A stretch of 40,344 bases of DNA, from positions 1 through 40,344 of the forward strand of contig DASCPX010000105.1 of assembly GCA_036012755.1 (NCBI GenBank). The letters are read 5' to 3'. Below, piece by piece: positions 1 through 9,583 of the stretch (positions within the stretch are counted from its first letter, which is position 1; the number at the start of each line of letters is the position of its first letter). Made by a program: the position numbers and the translations under genes. The notes under the pieces are model-generated. The model worked only from the letters and a program-made list of their open reading frames with translations. It ran no database searches and was not told the DNA's origin. This DNA comes from Myxococcota bacterium. GTDB lineage: Bacteria; Myxococcota_A; UBA796; CAJQPC01.

Positions 1-372
1 TGGCTCGGCAGGCTCTTCGGCGACAAGCAGATCGATCGCATCCTGCGCTTCTACCGCCGCTTCGGGGACTACTCCGTGGTCGTCTGCCGGCAGCTCCCTG
101 GCATGCGCTTCCCGGCCTTCTTCTTCTCGGGAGCCACCGGGATGCCCCTGTCGCGCTTCCTCCTGCTCGACGGCCTCGCGGCGGTCTTCACGGTCAGCAT
201 CTGGGTGTCCGTGGGCTGGTGGCTCGGCGAGCGCCTCGGAGACTTCAAGACCCTGCTGGGGAGCGTTCGCTGGGGCCTCACCAGCCTCGGAGTGCTGCTC
301 TTCGCTGCGGCGATCTGGACCGTGCTGCGCTCACGGAAGAAGCGGGCGGGTGCAAACAAGTCCCCTCCGTGA
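1..372 (+). CDS. DedA/SNARE-associated family membrane protein (5'-truncated by window edge)
   Basis: Frame 1 is open from base 1: WLGRLFGDKQIDRILRFYRRFGDYSVVVCRQLPGMRFPAFFFSGATGMPLSRFLLLD matches the DedA pattern (F-x-R-F-G ... R-x-x-P-G-x-R ... G-M-x-x-x-x-F), followed by two TM helices; overlaps the nnr 3' end convergently. Confidence 0.85.
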   Translation, partial: WLGRLFGDKQIDRILRFYRRFGDYSVVVCRQLPGMRFPAFFFSGATGMPLSRFLLLDGLAAVFTVSIWVSVGWWLGERLGDFKTLLGSVRWGLTSLGVLLFAAAIWTVLRSRKKRAGANKSPP

Positions 373-1725
373 AGGGGCGCTCCTGAGAGCGGCTGGCAAG
401 GCCGCGCAGAGGTCGGACGCCACCAGACCGTCGCCGGCCAGCTCACCGGCGACCCCGTGGACGAAGGCTCCGTGGGACAAGGCGTCCCTTGCACAGAGAC
501 CCTGGGCCAGCAGAGCCCCGACGATGCCCGCGAGCACATCGCCAGAGCCCGCGGTGGCGAGCATCGGGCCTCCGGTCCGGTTGACCCGCAGGGGCTCACC
601 GGAGATGAGCGTGTTGCGGCCCTTCAGCAAGGCCGGAGCCACGTCCCCGAGGCGACGGATCACGCCGAGGCGATCCGCCTGCACCTCCGCCGCGCTCAAC
701 CCCAGCAGGGCGCCGGCCTCTCCCGGGTGTGGGGTGATGGCGCGGGGATGAGCCGAGGGCACGAAGCTGCCCGAGAGACCGGTGAGCCCGTCGGCGTCGA
801 AGACCGCAGGAGCCGGGTGGTCCCGCCACAGGGCCGTCGCGAGACCGCGCCGTATGCCCAGCCCCGGTCCCACCACGAGGGCGTCGTAGCGATCCAGCTC
901 CAGCCCGCCTTTGACCATGACCTCTGGAGGCAGCTGCCTCGGAGCGGCGTCGATGTGGAGCGTCACCAGGCCACAGCCGGCACGCAGCGCCGCGGTGCAG
1001 ACCAGCACGGCGGCGCCTTCCATCTCGGGGGATCCGGCGACGACCCCGAGGTGGCCGTGGCTGCCCTTGTGGCTTGCCCCGGCGCGGCTGGGCAACACCA
1101 GGTCGCCACCGTCCAGGATCTCCGCGACGCAGTCCCCGTCGACCAGGCCGATCTCGGCCACGACGAGCTCCCCGACAAGGTCCGCTCCCGGCTCCAGCAG
1201 CTGCCCGATGCGCGCACGCTGGAAGGTCACCGTCTTCTCTGCGGGAGCGCAGTCGCCGAGGACGCATCCGGTGTCACCGCAGAGCCCGGTCGGCATGTCG
1301 ACCGCCACGACACGCCTGCCCTTCATCCATGCGACGCGCCGAGCGACCTCGCCCCGCAGCGCCGAGGACAGGCCGGTGCCGAGCAGGGCATCGACGATCA
1401 GCTCGGCGTCGGCTGGCCCATCGACCACCTCGACACCCACGCCCTCCGCGGCTCGGCGCATGGCAGCGCAGTCATCGGACATCGCTCCGGCCAGGGGCCA
1501 GACGCGAACACGGCGGCCGCTGGCGTGGAGGTGCCGCGCCACGACCCAGCCATCACCGCCGTTGTTGCCCTTTCCCGCGAGCACCAGGACATCGGCGCTG
1601 TCGATCTCGCGCGCGACGGCGAGTCCGGCGACCTCCATCAGCGCCAGGCCAGGCACACCGGCTCCAGCGATGGTCCTCTCGTCCATCGACCGGACCTGGG
1701 CCGAAGAGGAGACGGGCGAGCTCAC
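331..1725 (-). CDS. nnr: Bifunctional NAD(P)HX epimerase/dehydratase (YjeF_N + YjeF_C)
   Basis: LMEVAG, GKGNNGGDG, VDALLGTG, AVDMPTG (epimerase); SHKGSHG, VGPGLG, DADGL, TPHPGEA, LATAGSGDVLAG (dehydratase). Confidence 0.95.
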   Translation of the reverse strand: MSSPVSSSAQVRSMDERTIAGAGVPGLALMEVAGLAVAREIDSADVLVLAGKGNNGGDGWVVARHLHASGRRVRVWPLAGAMSDDCAAMRRAAEGVGVEVVDGPADAELIVDALLGTGLSSALRGEVARRVAWMKGRRVVAVDMPTGLCGDTGCVLGDCAPAEKTVTFQRARIGQLLEPGADLVGELVVAEIGLVDGDCVAEILDGGDLVLPSRAGASHKGSHGHLGVVAGSPEMEGAAVLVCTAALRAGCGLVTLHIDAAPRQLPPEVMVKGGLELDRYDALVVGPGLGIRRGLATALWRDHPAPAVFDADGLTGLSGSFVPSAHPRAITPHPGEAGALLGLSAAEVQADRLGVIRRLGDVAPALLKGRNTLISGEPLRVNRTGGPMLATAGSGDVLAGIVGALLAQGLCARDALSHGAFVHGVAGELAGDGLVASDLCAALPAALRSAPSRRGLVCTRPLLP

Positions 1726-2438
1726 CGGATGATCTCGACGAGGTCACGGATCGCGCGGTCGAGGCCCACGAAGATGGCCCGGCTCACGATGCTGTGACCG
1801 ATGTTGTACTCCTCGACTCTCGGCACGTTCGCGACCAGCATCGGCAGGTTGTGGTGTGTGAGCCCGTGACCGGCAGCCACGACGAGGCCCACGTCCTCGC
1901 CCACGGCGGTGGCGTGCCCGAGCCGCTGGAGCTGGTGCGAGGTGTCGGGCGCCTCGGCGAAGGCCGCCGTGTTGAGCTCGACCTGGTCGATGCCCTCGAA
2001 AGCCGAGAGTCGGATCACCTCTGGGATGGGGTCGATGAACAGGGCGACGTGGATGCCAGCAGCCGCGAGTCGCTCGGTGGCCCGCCGGACCCCGGGGAGC
2101 ACGATCCGCAGGTCCAGGCCGCCCTCGGTCGTGACCTCCTCTGCTCGCTCGGGCACCAGCGTCACCCGGTGGGGACGGAGCTCCTCCATCAGGCCGACCA
2201 TCTCGTCTGTGGCGGCGCACTCAACGTTCAGCTGGGTCGTCACGACCTGGCGCAAGAGCCGGATGTCCCGCTCGTTCACGTGTCGTCGGTCGCAGCGGAT
2301 GTGGCAGGTGATCTGGTCGGCGCCAGCCTGCTCCGCGACCAGCGCGGCCTCGACGGGGTCCGGGTACGGAGAGCGGCGCGCCTGCCGCACGGTCGCGACG
2401 TGGTCGATGTTCACGCCGAGTCGACGGATCGTCTTCAC
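1722..2438 (-). CDS. pdxJ: Pyridoxine 5'-phosphate synthase
   Basis: LGVNIDHVATVRQAR, YPDPV, DRRHV, VTLVPE, TTEGGLD, AGHGL, NIGHSI motifs; 4-nt overlaps with both neighbours. Confidence 0.97.
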   Translation of the reverse strand: MKTIRRLGVNIDHVATVRQARRSPYPDPVEAALVAEQAGADQITCHIRCDRRHVNERDIRLLRQVVTTQLNVECAATDEMVGLMEELRPHRVTLVPERAEEVTTEGGLDLRIVLPGVRRATERLAAAGIHVALFIDPIPEVIRLSAFEGIDQVELNTAAFAEAPDTSHQLQRLGHATAVGEDVGLVVAAGHGLTHHNLPMLVANVPRVEEYNIGHSIVSRAIFVGLDRAIRDLVEIIR

Positions 2439-3709
2439 TTGTGGGCCTCGATGTCCTCGACCGCGACGGCGGCCAGGGTGTCGGCGAAGCGCCTCGCGGC
2501 GTCGGGGCTCCGCGCCTCGACGAGGACCCGGAGCTTCGCCTCCGTGCCGGAGTATCGAAGCAGGGCGCGGCTCGCACCCTGGCGCAACACCCGCACCTTG
2601 GCGGCCTGCAGGCCAGGGAGCTCCTCCAGGTCGGGTTTGCTGGCGACCGCCACGTTCACCAGCACGCTCGGGTCGGGCTCCCAGTCAGCCAGCCGAGCGC
2701 CGAGGTCGAGGCCGCCAGCCAGGACGGTCAGCGCCGTCAGCAGTCCGTCTCCAGTGGGGAAGCCCTCCGCGAGGAGCACGTGCCCGCTGGGCTCGCCTCC
2801 GACCGGCCAGCCATTTCGCTGCATGACCGCGCTGATGTGGCGGTCGCCGACTGGCGTGCGCAGGAAGCCCAGCCCACGCTCTTTGAGCCGGCGCTCGAGC
2901 GCGGCGTTGCACATCACGGTGCCGACGACGCCTGGAGCCCTGGCGAGCAACAACAGCAGCGCGTCGCCGTCGATGATGCGGCCGCCCGGGCCAATGAGGA
3001 TGCAGCGATCTGCGTCCCCGTCGAGGCAGACGCCGAGCTCCGCGCCCACTCTGACGCAGTGCTCGGCGAGCACCGCCGGATGCACGGCTCCGACACCCTC
3101 GTTGATGTTCTGGCCCGTCGGCTCGACGCCGATGGCGTGGACCCTGGCACCCAGCGCCTCCAGGACACGCGGTGCGGTCCGGTACGCAGCGCCGTGGGCG
3201 CAGTCCAGGCCGACATCGACGCCGGCCAGGTCCAGGTCGGGGAGCCGGTGGAGCAGGAGCTCGACGTAGAGGTCCTCGCCCGGCTGCTGTTTCAGCGCCA
3301 GGGTCCTGCTGAAGGAGAAGGTGCCCTCGAGGATGTCTCGCTCGAGCTCGAGCTCGGTCTGGAGGTCCAGCTTGAAGCCGTCGGGGCCGAGCACCTTCAG
3401 GCCGTTGTCCTGCCAGGGGTTGTGCGACGCGGTGATGACGATGCCAGCGGCTCCCCGACGCTCGCTCAGGAGCGCAGAGAGCCCCGGCGTCGGGAGCACG
3501 CCGAGGTCGACGACGTCCCCTCCGAGCCCGGCAGCCAGGGCGTCACGGATCTCGACCCCGCTGTGCCGGGTGTCACGAGCGAGGATGACCGGATCCGTGC
3601 CGAAGCGCCGGCGCACAGCGGCTCCGAGTCCGCGGGCGACAGAGGGCATCAGCGGCGAGCGTCCCCACCTCCCCCGAATGCCGTCCGTTCCAAAGAGCCG
3701 GCCGCTCAC
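2435..3709 (-). CDS. glmM: Phosphoglucosamine mutase
   Basis: FGTDGIRG, RDTRHSG, ITASHNP (phosphoserine), DGDADR, VGDR, GGEPSGH, RYSGTE; start re-assigned to GTG 3709 overlapping the cdaR stop (the 4576 start of the ORF track runs through cdaR). Confidence 0.95.
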   Translation of the reverse strand: MSGRLFGTDGIRGRWGRSPLMPSVARGLGAAVRRRFGTDPVILARDTRHSGVEIRDALAAGLGGDVVDLGVLPTPGLSALLSERRGAAGIVITASHNPWQDNGLKVLGPDGFKLDLQTELELERDILEGTFSFSRTLALKQQPGEDLYVELLLHRLPDLDLAGVDVGLDCAHGAAYRTAPRVLEALGARVHAIGVEPTGQNINEGVGAVHPAVLAEHCVRVGAELGVCLDGDADRCILIGPGGRIIDGDALLLLLARAPGVVGTVMCNAALERRLKERGLGFLRTPVGDRHISAVMQRNGWPVGGEPSGHVLLAEGFPTGDGLLTALTVLAGGLDLGARLADWEPDPSVLVNVAVASKPDLEELPGLQAAKVRVLRQGASRALLRYSGTEAKLRVLVEARSPDAARRFADTLAAVAVEDIEAHK

Positions 3710-4677
3710 GGGGCGGGCTCCACTACGAGCCTCGCCGGATCGATGGACAGCGCCTCGATGCGCTCGGAGCCGCCGTGGCTGATCTCCACCCGAGCGGCGG
3801 CGAAGGGATCGAGCGCCACGGTGATCTGCTTCGCCGCGGTCTGCTCGGGGATGAGCACCAGCGCCGTCACGGCGTCCGCGCCGATGGCCTCGAGCTCCTT
3901 GACCGGGCCGGAGAGGCGGACGACCAGGGTCTCGGTCTGCGGCATCCAGCCGGGACTCCGGATGACCACGGGGACCTCCGGGAAGGTCTTGGTCGCTGTG
4001 ACCGTCTCGATCTCGATGGTCGCGGTGACGAGCTCGTCGCTGGTCCGGACGATGTTCCGGTCGGGCAGCGTGACACCGACAGCCCGGGTGGTCGTCTCGG
4101 TGAGCCCACCAACGGCGATGCCCTCGGTCGAGACCGTGTCCACCTTCGCGATCGCCGAGGCAGGACCCGCGAGCTCGACCTCCTGGGGCGAGAGCTCGAT
4201 GCCGGCGACGCGATGTCCCTCTGCGGCGCGGCCCACGACGGCCGGCTCGAGGATGACGGTCTTCACTGCGCGAGTCTCCAGCTCCACCTGCAGGGAATTG
4301 GGCACGAGACCGACCACCTCCAGCCTGGGCGGCAGACCAGCGATCTCGGTGTCGACGAAGTCCACCGTCTGCACGCCGGCCTCGAAGCTGCCCATGTCGA
4401 CCGCGAGCGAGAGCTCCTCTTGCGTCTTTCGCAGGGCCTTCACCTCGCCACGCGTCCCGCTCACCGTCACGCGGACACGCTGGGTCGGCGTCTGCGCCAT
4501 CACCAGGCCCTCGGGCGTCTGGTACTCGACGCGCACCCAGGCGCTCTCCTCGACGACCTGCTCGCTCTGGATCCACGCCCAGATCGCGATCGAGATCACC
4601 AGGGTGCCGATCTTGAAAGCGAGGTTCTCCCGGAAGAAACCCCGAAAGCGCGAGCGAAGTCCGTCCATGAAGGTCAT
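3706..4677 (-). CDS. cdaR: CdaR/YbbR-like regulator of diadenylate cyclase
   Basis: N-terminal 'ENLAFKIGTLVISIAIWAWI' TM anchor typical of YbbR proteins, then repeated beta-rich modules (VRVTVSG, VELAGP, VRLSGP); sits between cdaA and glmM; ATG 4677 overlaps the cdaA TGA. Confidence 0.85.
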   Translation of the reverse strand: MTFMDGLRSRFRGFFRENLAFKIGTLVISIAIWAWIQSEQVVEESAWVRVEYQTPEGLVMAQTPTQRVRVTVSGTRGEVKALRKTQEELSLAVDMGSFEAGVQTVDFVDTEIAGLPPRLEVVGLVPNSLQVELETRAVKTVILEPAVVGRAAEGHRVAGIELSPQEVELAGPASAIAKVDTVSTEGIAVGGLTETTTRAVGVTLPDRNIVRTSDELVTATIEIETVTATKTFPEVPVVIRSPGWMPQTETLVVRLSGPVKELEAIGADAVTALVLIPEQTAAKQITVALDPFAAARVEISHGGSERIEALSIDPARLVVEPAP

Positions 4678-5477
4678 CAGGACCTCTCCTCGCGGGGAGC
4701 CAGGATCTCCTGGAGGTGCTGGCGCAGGGCGTTCGCGTCGGCGACGGGGGTGAGCGCGCCCGCCATGACGAGGCTGACCGCGCCTCGCTCCTCCGAGACC
4801 ACCACCACCAAGGCGTCGGTCTCCTCGGAGAGACCGAGCGCGGCCCGGTGGCGCGTGCCGAAGTAGCGCGCGATGTCCTTTGTCAGCGACAGCGGCAGCA
4901 TGCACTTCGCCGCGGCGAGCCGGCCGTCCTGCACCACGACAGCGCCGTCGTGGAGCGGCGAGGTCGGATGGAAGATCGCCATCAACAGCTCCTCGCTGAC
5001 GTCCGCCGACAGCGCGTGGCCTCCCTCGACGAGCTCGCTGAGCGCGGCGGAGCGCTCGACCACGACGAGGGCGCCGATGCGCCTGGAGGCGAGCGCGAAG
5101 GCGGCCTGCACGACCGCTTCGTGGAAGCTGGTGTCCTGGGACGCTTGGAAGCCGCCGCTGAAGAAGCGACCGCCGGCCCTCGCGAGGCCCCTGCGGATGT
5201 CGTTCTGGAAGAGGATCAGGACCGCCAGCACGATGTAGACGAAGAACTTGTCCAGCAGCCAGCCCAGCGCGTACAGGTCCAGCATCCGGCTGAGGATGTA
5301 GAGCACGCCGAGACCGAGCAGGCCGACCAGGGACTGGAGCGCCGCCGTACCGCGGAGGATGAGGAAGGTCCGGTAGGTGATGAACCAGATGAGCAGGATG
5401 TCGAGGACGTCCCAGGGGGTCATCGTCGAGAAGACGCTGTCTGCCCAGAAGTCGACGACGGCGCTCACGGCTTGCAC
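4677..5477 (-). CDS. cdaA: Membrane-bound diadenylate cyclase (CdaA/DacA)
   Basis: Three N-terminal TM helices (DVLDILLIWFITY...ILFQNDIRRGL), catalytic SPLHDGAV (DGA) and GTRHRAALGLSE (RHR), VVSEERG. Confidence 0.95.
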   Translation of the reverse strand: MQAVSAVVDFWADSVFSTMTPWDVLDILLIWFITYRTFLILRGTAALQSLVGLLGLGVLYILSRMLDLYALGWLLDKFFVYIVLAVLILFQNDIRRGLARAGGRFFSGGFQASQDTSFHEAVVQAAFALASRRIGALVVVERSAALSELVEGGHALSADVSEELLMAIFHPTSPLHDGAVVVQDGRLAAAKCMLPLSLTKDIARYFGTRHRAALGLSEETDALVVVVSEERGAVSLVMAGALTPVADANALRQHLQEILAPREERS

Positions 5478-6236
5478 GCCTCGAAGACCGCGAGGAAGGC
5501 CGCCGTCTCGCCGACATCGTGCACGCGCAGGACGCTCGCTCCGCCCAGGACCGCCGCCGCCGCCGCCCCCAGGGAGCCCGCGAGCCTCTGGTCCGCCCTC
5601 CGCTGCCCGGTGAGGTGGCCGACGAATGACTTCCTCGACGCGCCTACGTAGAGCGGGACCCCCAGCGCGGAGAGCTCCTCCAGCCGACGGATGAGCGCAG
5701 CGCAGCCCTCTGGGCTCTTGCCGAAACCTATGCCCGGATCCGCCCAGATGCGGCCAACACCCGCCGCCCTCAGAACCTCGATCCGCTGAGCCAACACCGC
5801 TCGGACCTCATCGACGAGGTCATCGTACCGGGTGTCCAGCTGCATGGTGAGCGGTCGGCCGCGCATGTGCATCACCACAGCCCCCGCGCCCGCGCTGGCC
5901 ACGGCCTCGATCATGCCGTCGAGCTCGAAGCCACCGACGTCGTTGACCACCTCCGCCCCGGCCGCCAGCGCGGCGCGCGCGACCTCCGGCTTGCGAGTGT
6001 CGATGCTCACCGAGACGCCCCTGGCGACCAGTCCCTCGACCACCGGGAGCACGCGGCGGAGCTCTTCGGCGAGGGGGATCTCCTCCGCGCCAGGGCGCGT
6101 GGACTCGCCGCCCACGTCGACCCACCTGGCCCCCTCGCGCGCCATCGACACGCCGCGCTCGATGGCGGCCTCGACCTCGAGGAAGCGGCCCCCGTCCGAG
6201 AAGGAGTCGGGGGTGACGTTCAGGATCCCGGCGAGC

Positions 6237-6265
<29 letters not shown>
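5465..6265 (-). CDS. folP: Dihydropteroate synthase
   Basis: GILNVTPDSFSDGG, DVGGESTRPGA, SIDT, DPGIGFGK, GASRKSF, RVHDV; start placed at GTG 6265 (exact start uncertain). Confidence 0.96.
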
Positions 6266-8081
<1,816 letters not shown>

Positions 8082-8162
8082 AGGAGACTCGTCGTCATCA
8101 AGGAGAATCTATCGCGCCCCGATGGCGCCGTCTTGCCTGATGTAGACACCGTCGAGCCCACG

Positions 8163-9053
8163 TCAGGTCCGCGAGCACCGTAGACGGCTCGCCGAGAGGA
8201 CCACGCGCCAACCGCCGGGGATGTCGACGGCCGAGTTGCCCCTCTGCAGGCGGAGGATGCTGTCGATGTGACCGGAGGAGAGCTCGCCGTGCCCTCGGTC
8301 CCGCCGGACGAGCAGCAACACAGCGCGGCGCTGGAGCGGCGGCGGCGCATCCCGGAGCGCTCGGATGGGGATGCCGGTGTCGTCGAGGAGGCCTCCTGCG
8401 AGCTCCGTGAGCAGGTCGTCGTCCTCGGCGAGGTGACGCGCCGATCGACCAAGGCCACGGACCGCGCCGGGCCGCAGGGACTCCAGGGCTGGCAGGACCG
8501 TATGGCGCAGGGCACCGCGGGTGCCCTCGCGATTGCTCGGGTCCTCGATCCAGCGCAGGTCCCGCTCCTCGGCCCACGCCACGAGCTCTGCGCGGCGGTG
8601 GGCCAACAGCGGCCTCACCAGGCGCCCCCGACGGGCTCGCATCGCCCCGAGACCGCCGGAACCCGCCCCGCGGGCGAGTCGGTCGAGCACCGTCTCCGCC
8701 TGGTCGTCGAGGTGGTGCCCGAGACAGATCGTGTCGTGGGGCAGGCCCTCGAAGAAGGCCAGCCGCGCCCGGCGCGCCCTGGCCGCCTTCGCGGGACCCG
8801 GCGAGACCGCGAGGTCTCCCTGCATCATCTCCAGGCCGAGGACCGCGGCCATCGCCAGGACGAACTGGACCTCTGCGCGGGACTCCGGACGCAGGCCGTG
8901 GTCGAGGGTCACGACGCAGGGTCGGTGCCCCAGCTCGACCAGCAGGTGCAGGAGCACGACGCTGTCGACCCCACCGCTGACGGCGCAGGCGAGGTCTCCT
9001 CGCAGGAGTCCCTGTCGGTCACAGGTCAGGCGGACGGCGTCCAGCAAGTTCAT
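8163..9053 (-). CDS. tilS: tRNA(Ile)-lysidine synthetase (short form)
   Basis: AVSGGVDS PP-loop, DHGLR, GHHLDDQAETVL, RPLL, EDPSN; start ATG 9053 overlapping the upstream TGA; upstream of ftsH as is common. Confidence 0.93.
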   Translation of the reverse strand: MNLLDAVRLTCDRQGLLRGDLACAVSGGVDSVVLLHLLVELGHRPCVVTLDHGLRPESRAEVQFVLAMAAVLGLEMMQGDLAVSPGPAKAARARRARLAFFEGLPHDTICLGHHLDDQAETVLDRLARGAGSGGLGAMRARRGRLVRPLLAHRRAELVAWAEERDLRWIEDPSNREGTRGALRHTVLPALESLRPGAVRGLGRSARHLAEDDDLLTELAGGLLDDTGIPIRALRDAPPPLQRRAVLLLVRRDRGHGELSSGHIDSILRLQRGNSAVDIPGGWRVVLSASRLRCSRT

Positions 9054-9565
9054 TGGGCCCCCTTCGACACGCCGAGACGGCGAGACATCTCGAGGAGGGC
9101 GTCGGTGTCGTCCGGGTGCGCGCGGCAGCGATGCCGATGACCGCACCGGCGGCACCGGTAGCCGATCACCCAGTCATCTCCCAGCTTTTCGAGGCCCTCT
9201 GCCTGCAGGAGGCCCCCGCAGCTGGAGGACCTGTCCCCCGGGACGACATCGACGTGCAGAGAAGCGAGACAGCGCGCGCAGTGGTCACGCACCTGTGCGC
9301 CCCCGCGGCTGTTCTCGAAGCCGCAGTCCTCGCAGACGAAGGGCTCGTCACGGCGAATCGGGTTCCGGCGGATCTGCGCCGCGTCGCTCCGGTCCAGCGC
9401 GCGCCGCAGGACACGCTTGCCGGCCCAGTCGCTGGCAGCATCGGGGAGCCCCGCCTGGCGCACGACAGCAGCCTTGAGGGCGGCGTCCGCGTCGAGGACG
9501 AGCCCCAGGCGCTTGAGCGCCCGGCGCCCCTCGCGGGCCTTGGCCAAGAGCGTGTCGACATCCAC
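9050..9565 (-). CDS. RNHCP-domain-like zinc-finger protein with helical N-terminal extension
   Basis: FVCEDCG...VRDHCARCLASLHVDVVPGDRSSSCGG...YRCRRCG...AHPDD follows the RNHCP family pattern; start inferred at GTG 9565 (the rest of the 778-aa ORF is antisense to the next gene). Confidence 0.8.
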   Translation of the reverse strand: MDVDTLLAKAREGRRALKRLGLVLDADAALKAAVVRQAGLPDAASDWAGKRVLRRALDRSDAAQIRRNPIRRDEPFVCEDCGFENSRGGAQVRDHCARCLASLHVDVVPGDRSSSCGGLLQAEGLEKLGDDWVIGYRCRRCGHRHRCRAHPDDTDALLEMSRRLGVSKGAQ

Positions 9566-9571
9566 GATGGC

Positions 9572-9577
9572 TACTAT
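9572..9577 (+). promoter_or_regulatory. Putative -10 element (TACTAT) of a leaderless transcript
   Basis: TAnnnT hexamer 6 nt before GTG 9584 in an 18-nt divergent gap; no Shine-Dalgarno. Confidence 0.55.
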
Positions 9578-9583
9578 CCCGGC

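Noticed and set aside
2435..4576. 713-aa ORF suggesting GlmM with a long N-terminal extension
   Set aside because: The extension is an Arg/Gly-rich off-frame reading of cdaR; the GlmM motif FGTDG begins just after GTG 3709.
3706..5517. 603-aa ORF suggesting a CdaA-CdaR fusion
   Set aside because: The first ~280 codons are an alternative frame of cdaA; CdaR starts at ATG 4677 overlapping the cdaA stop.
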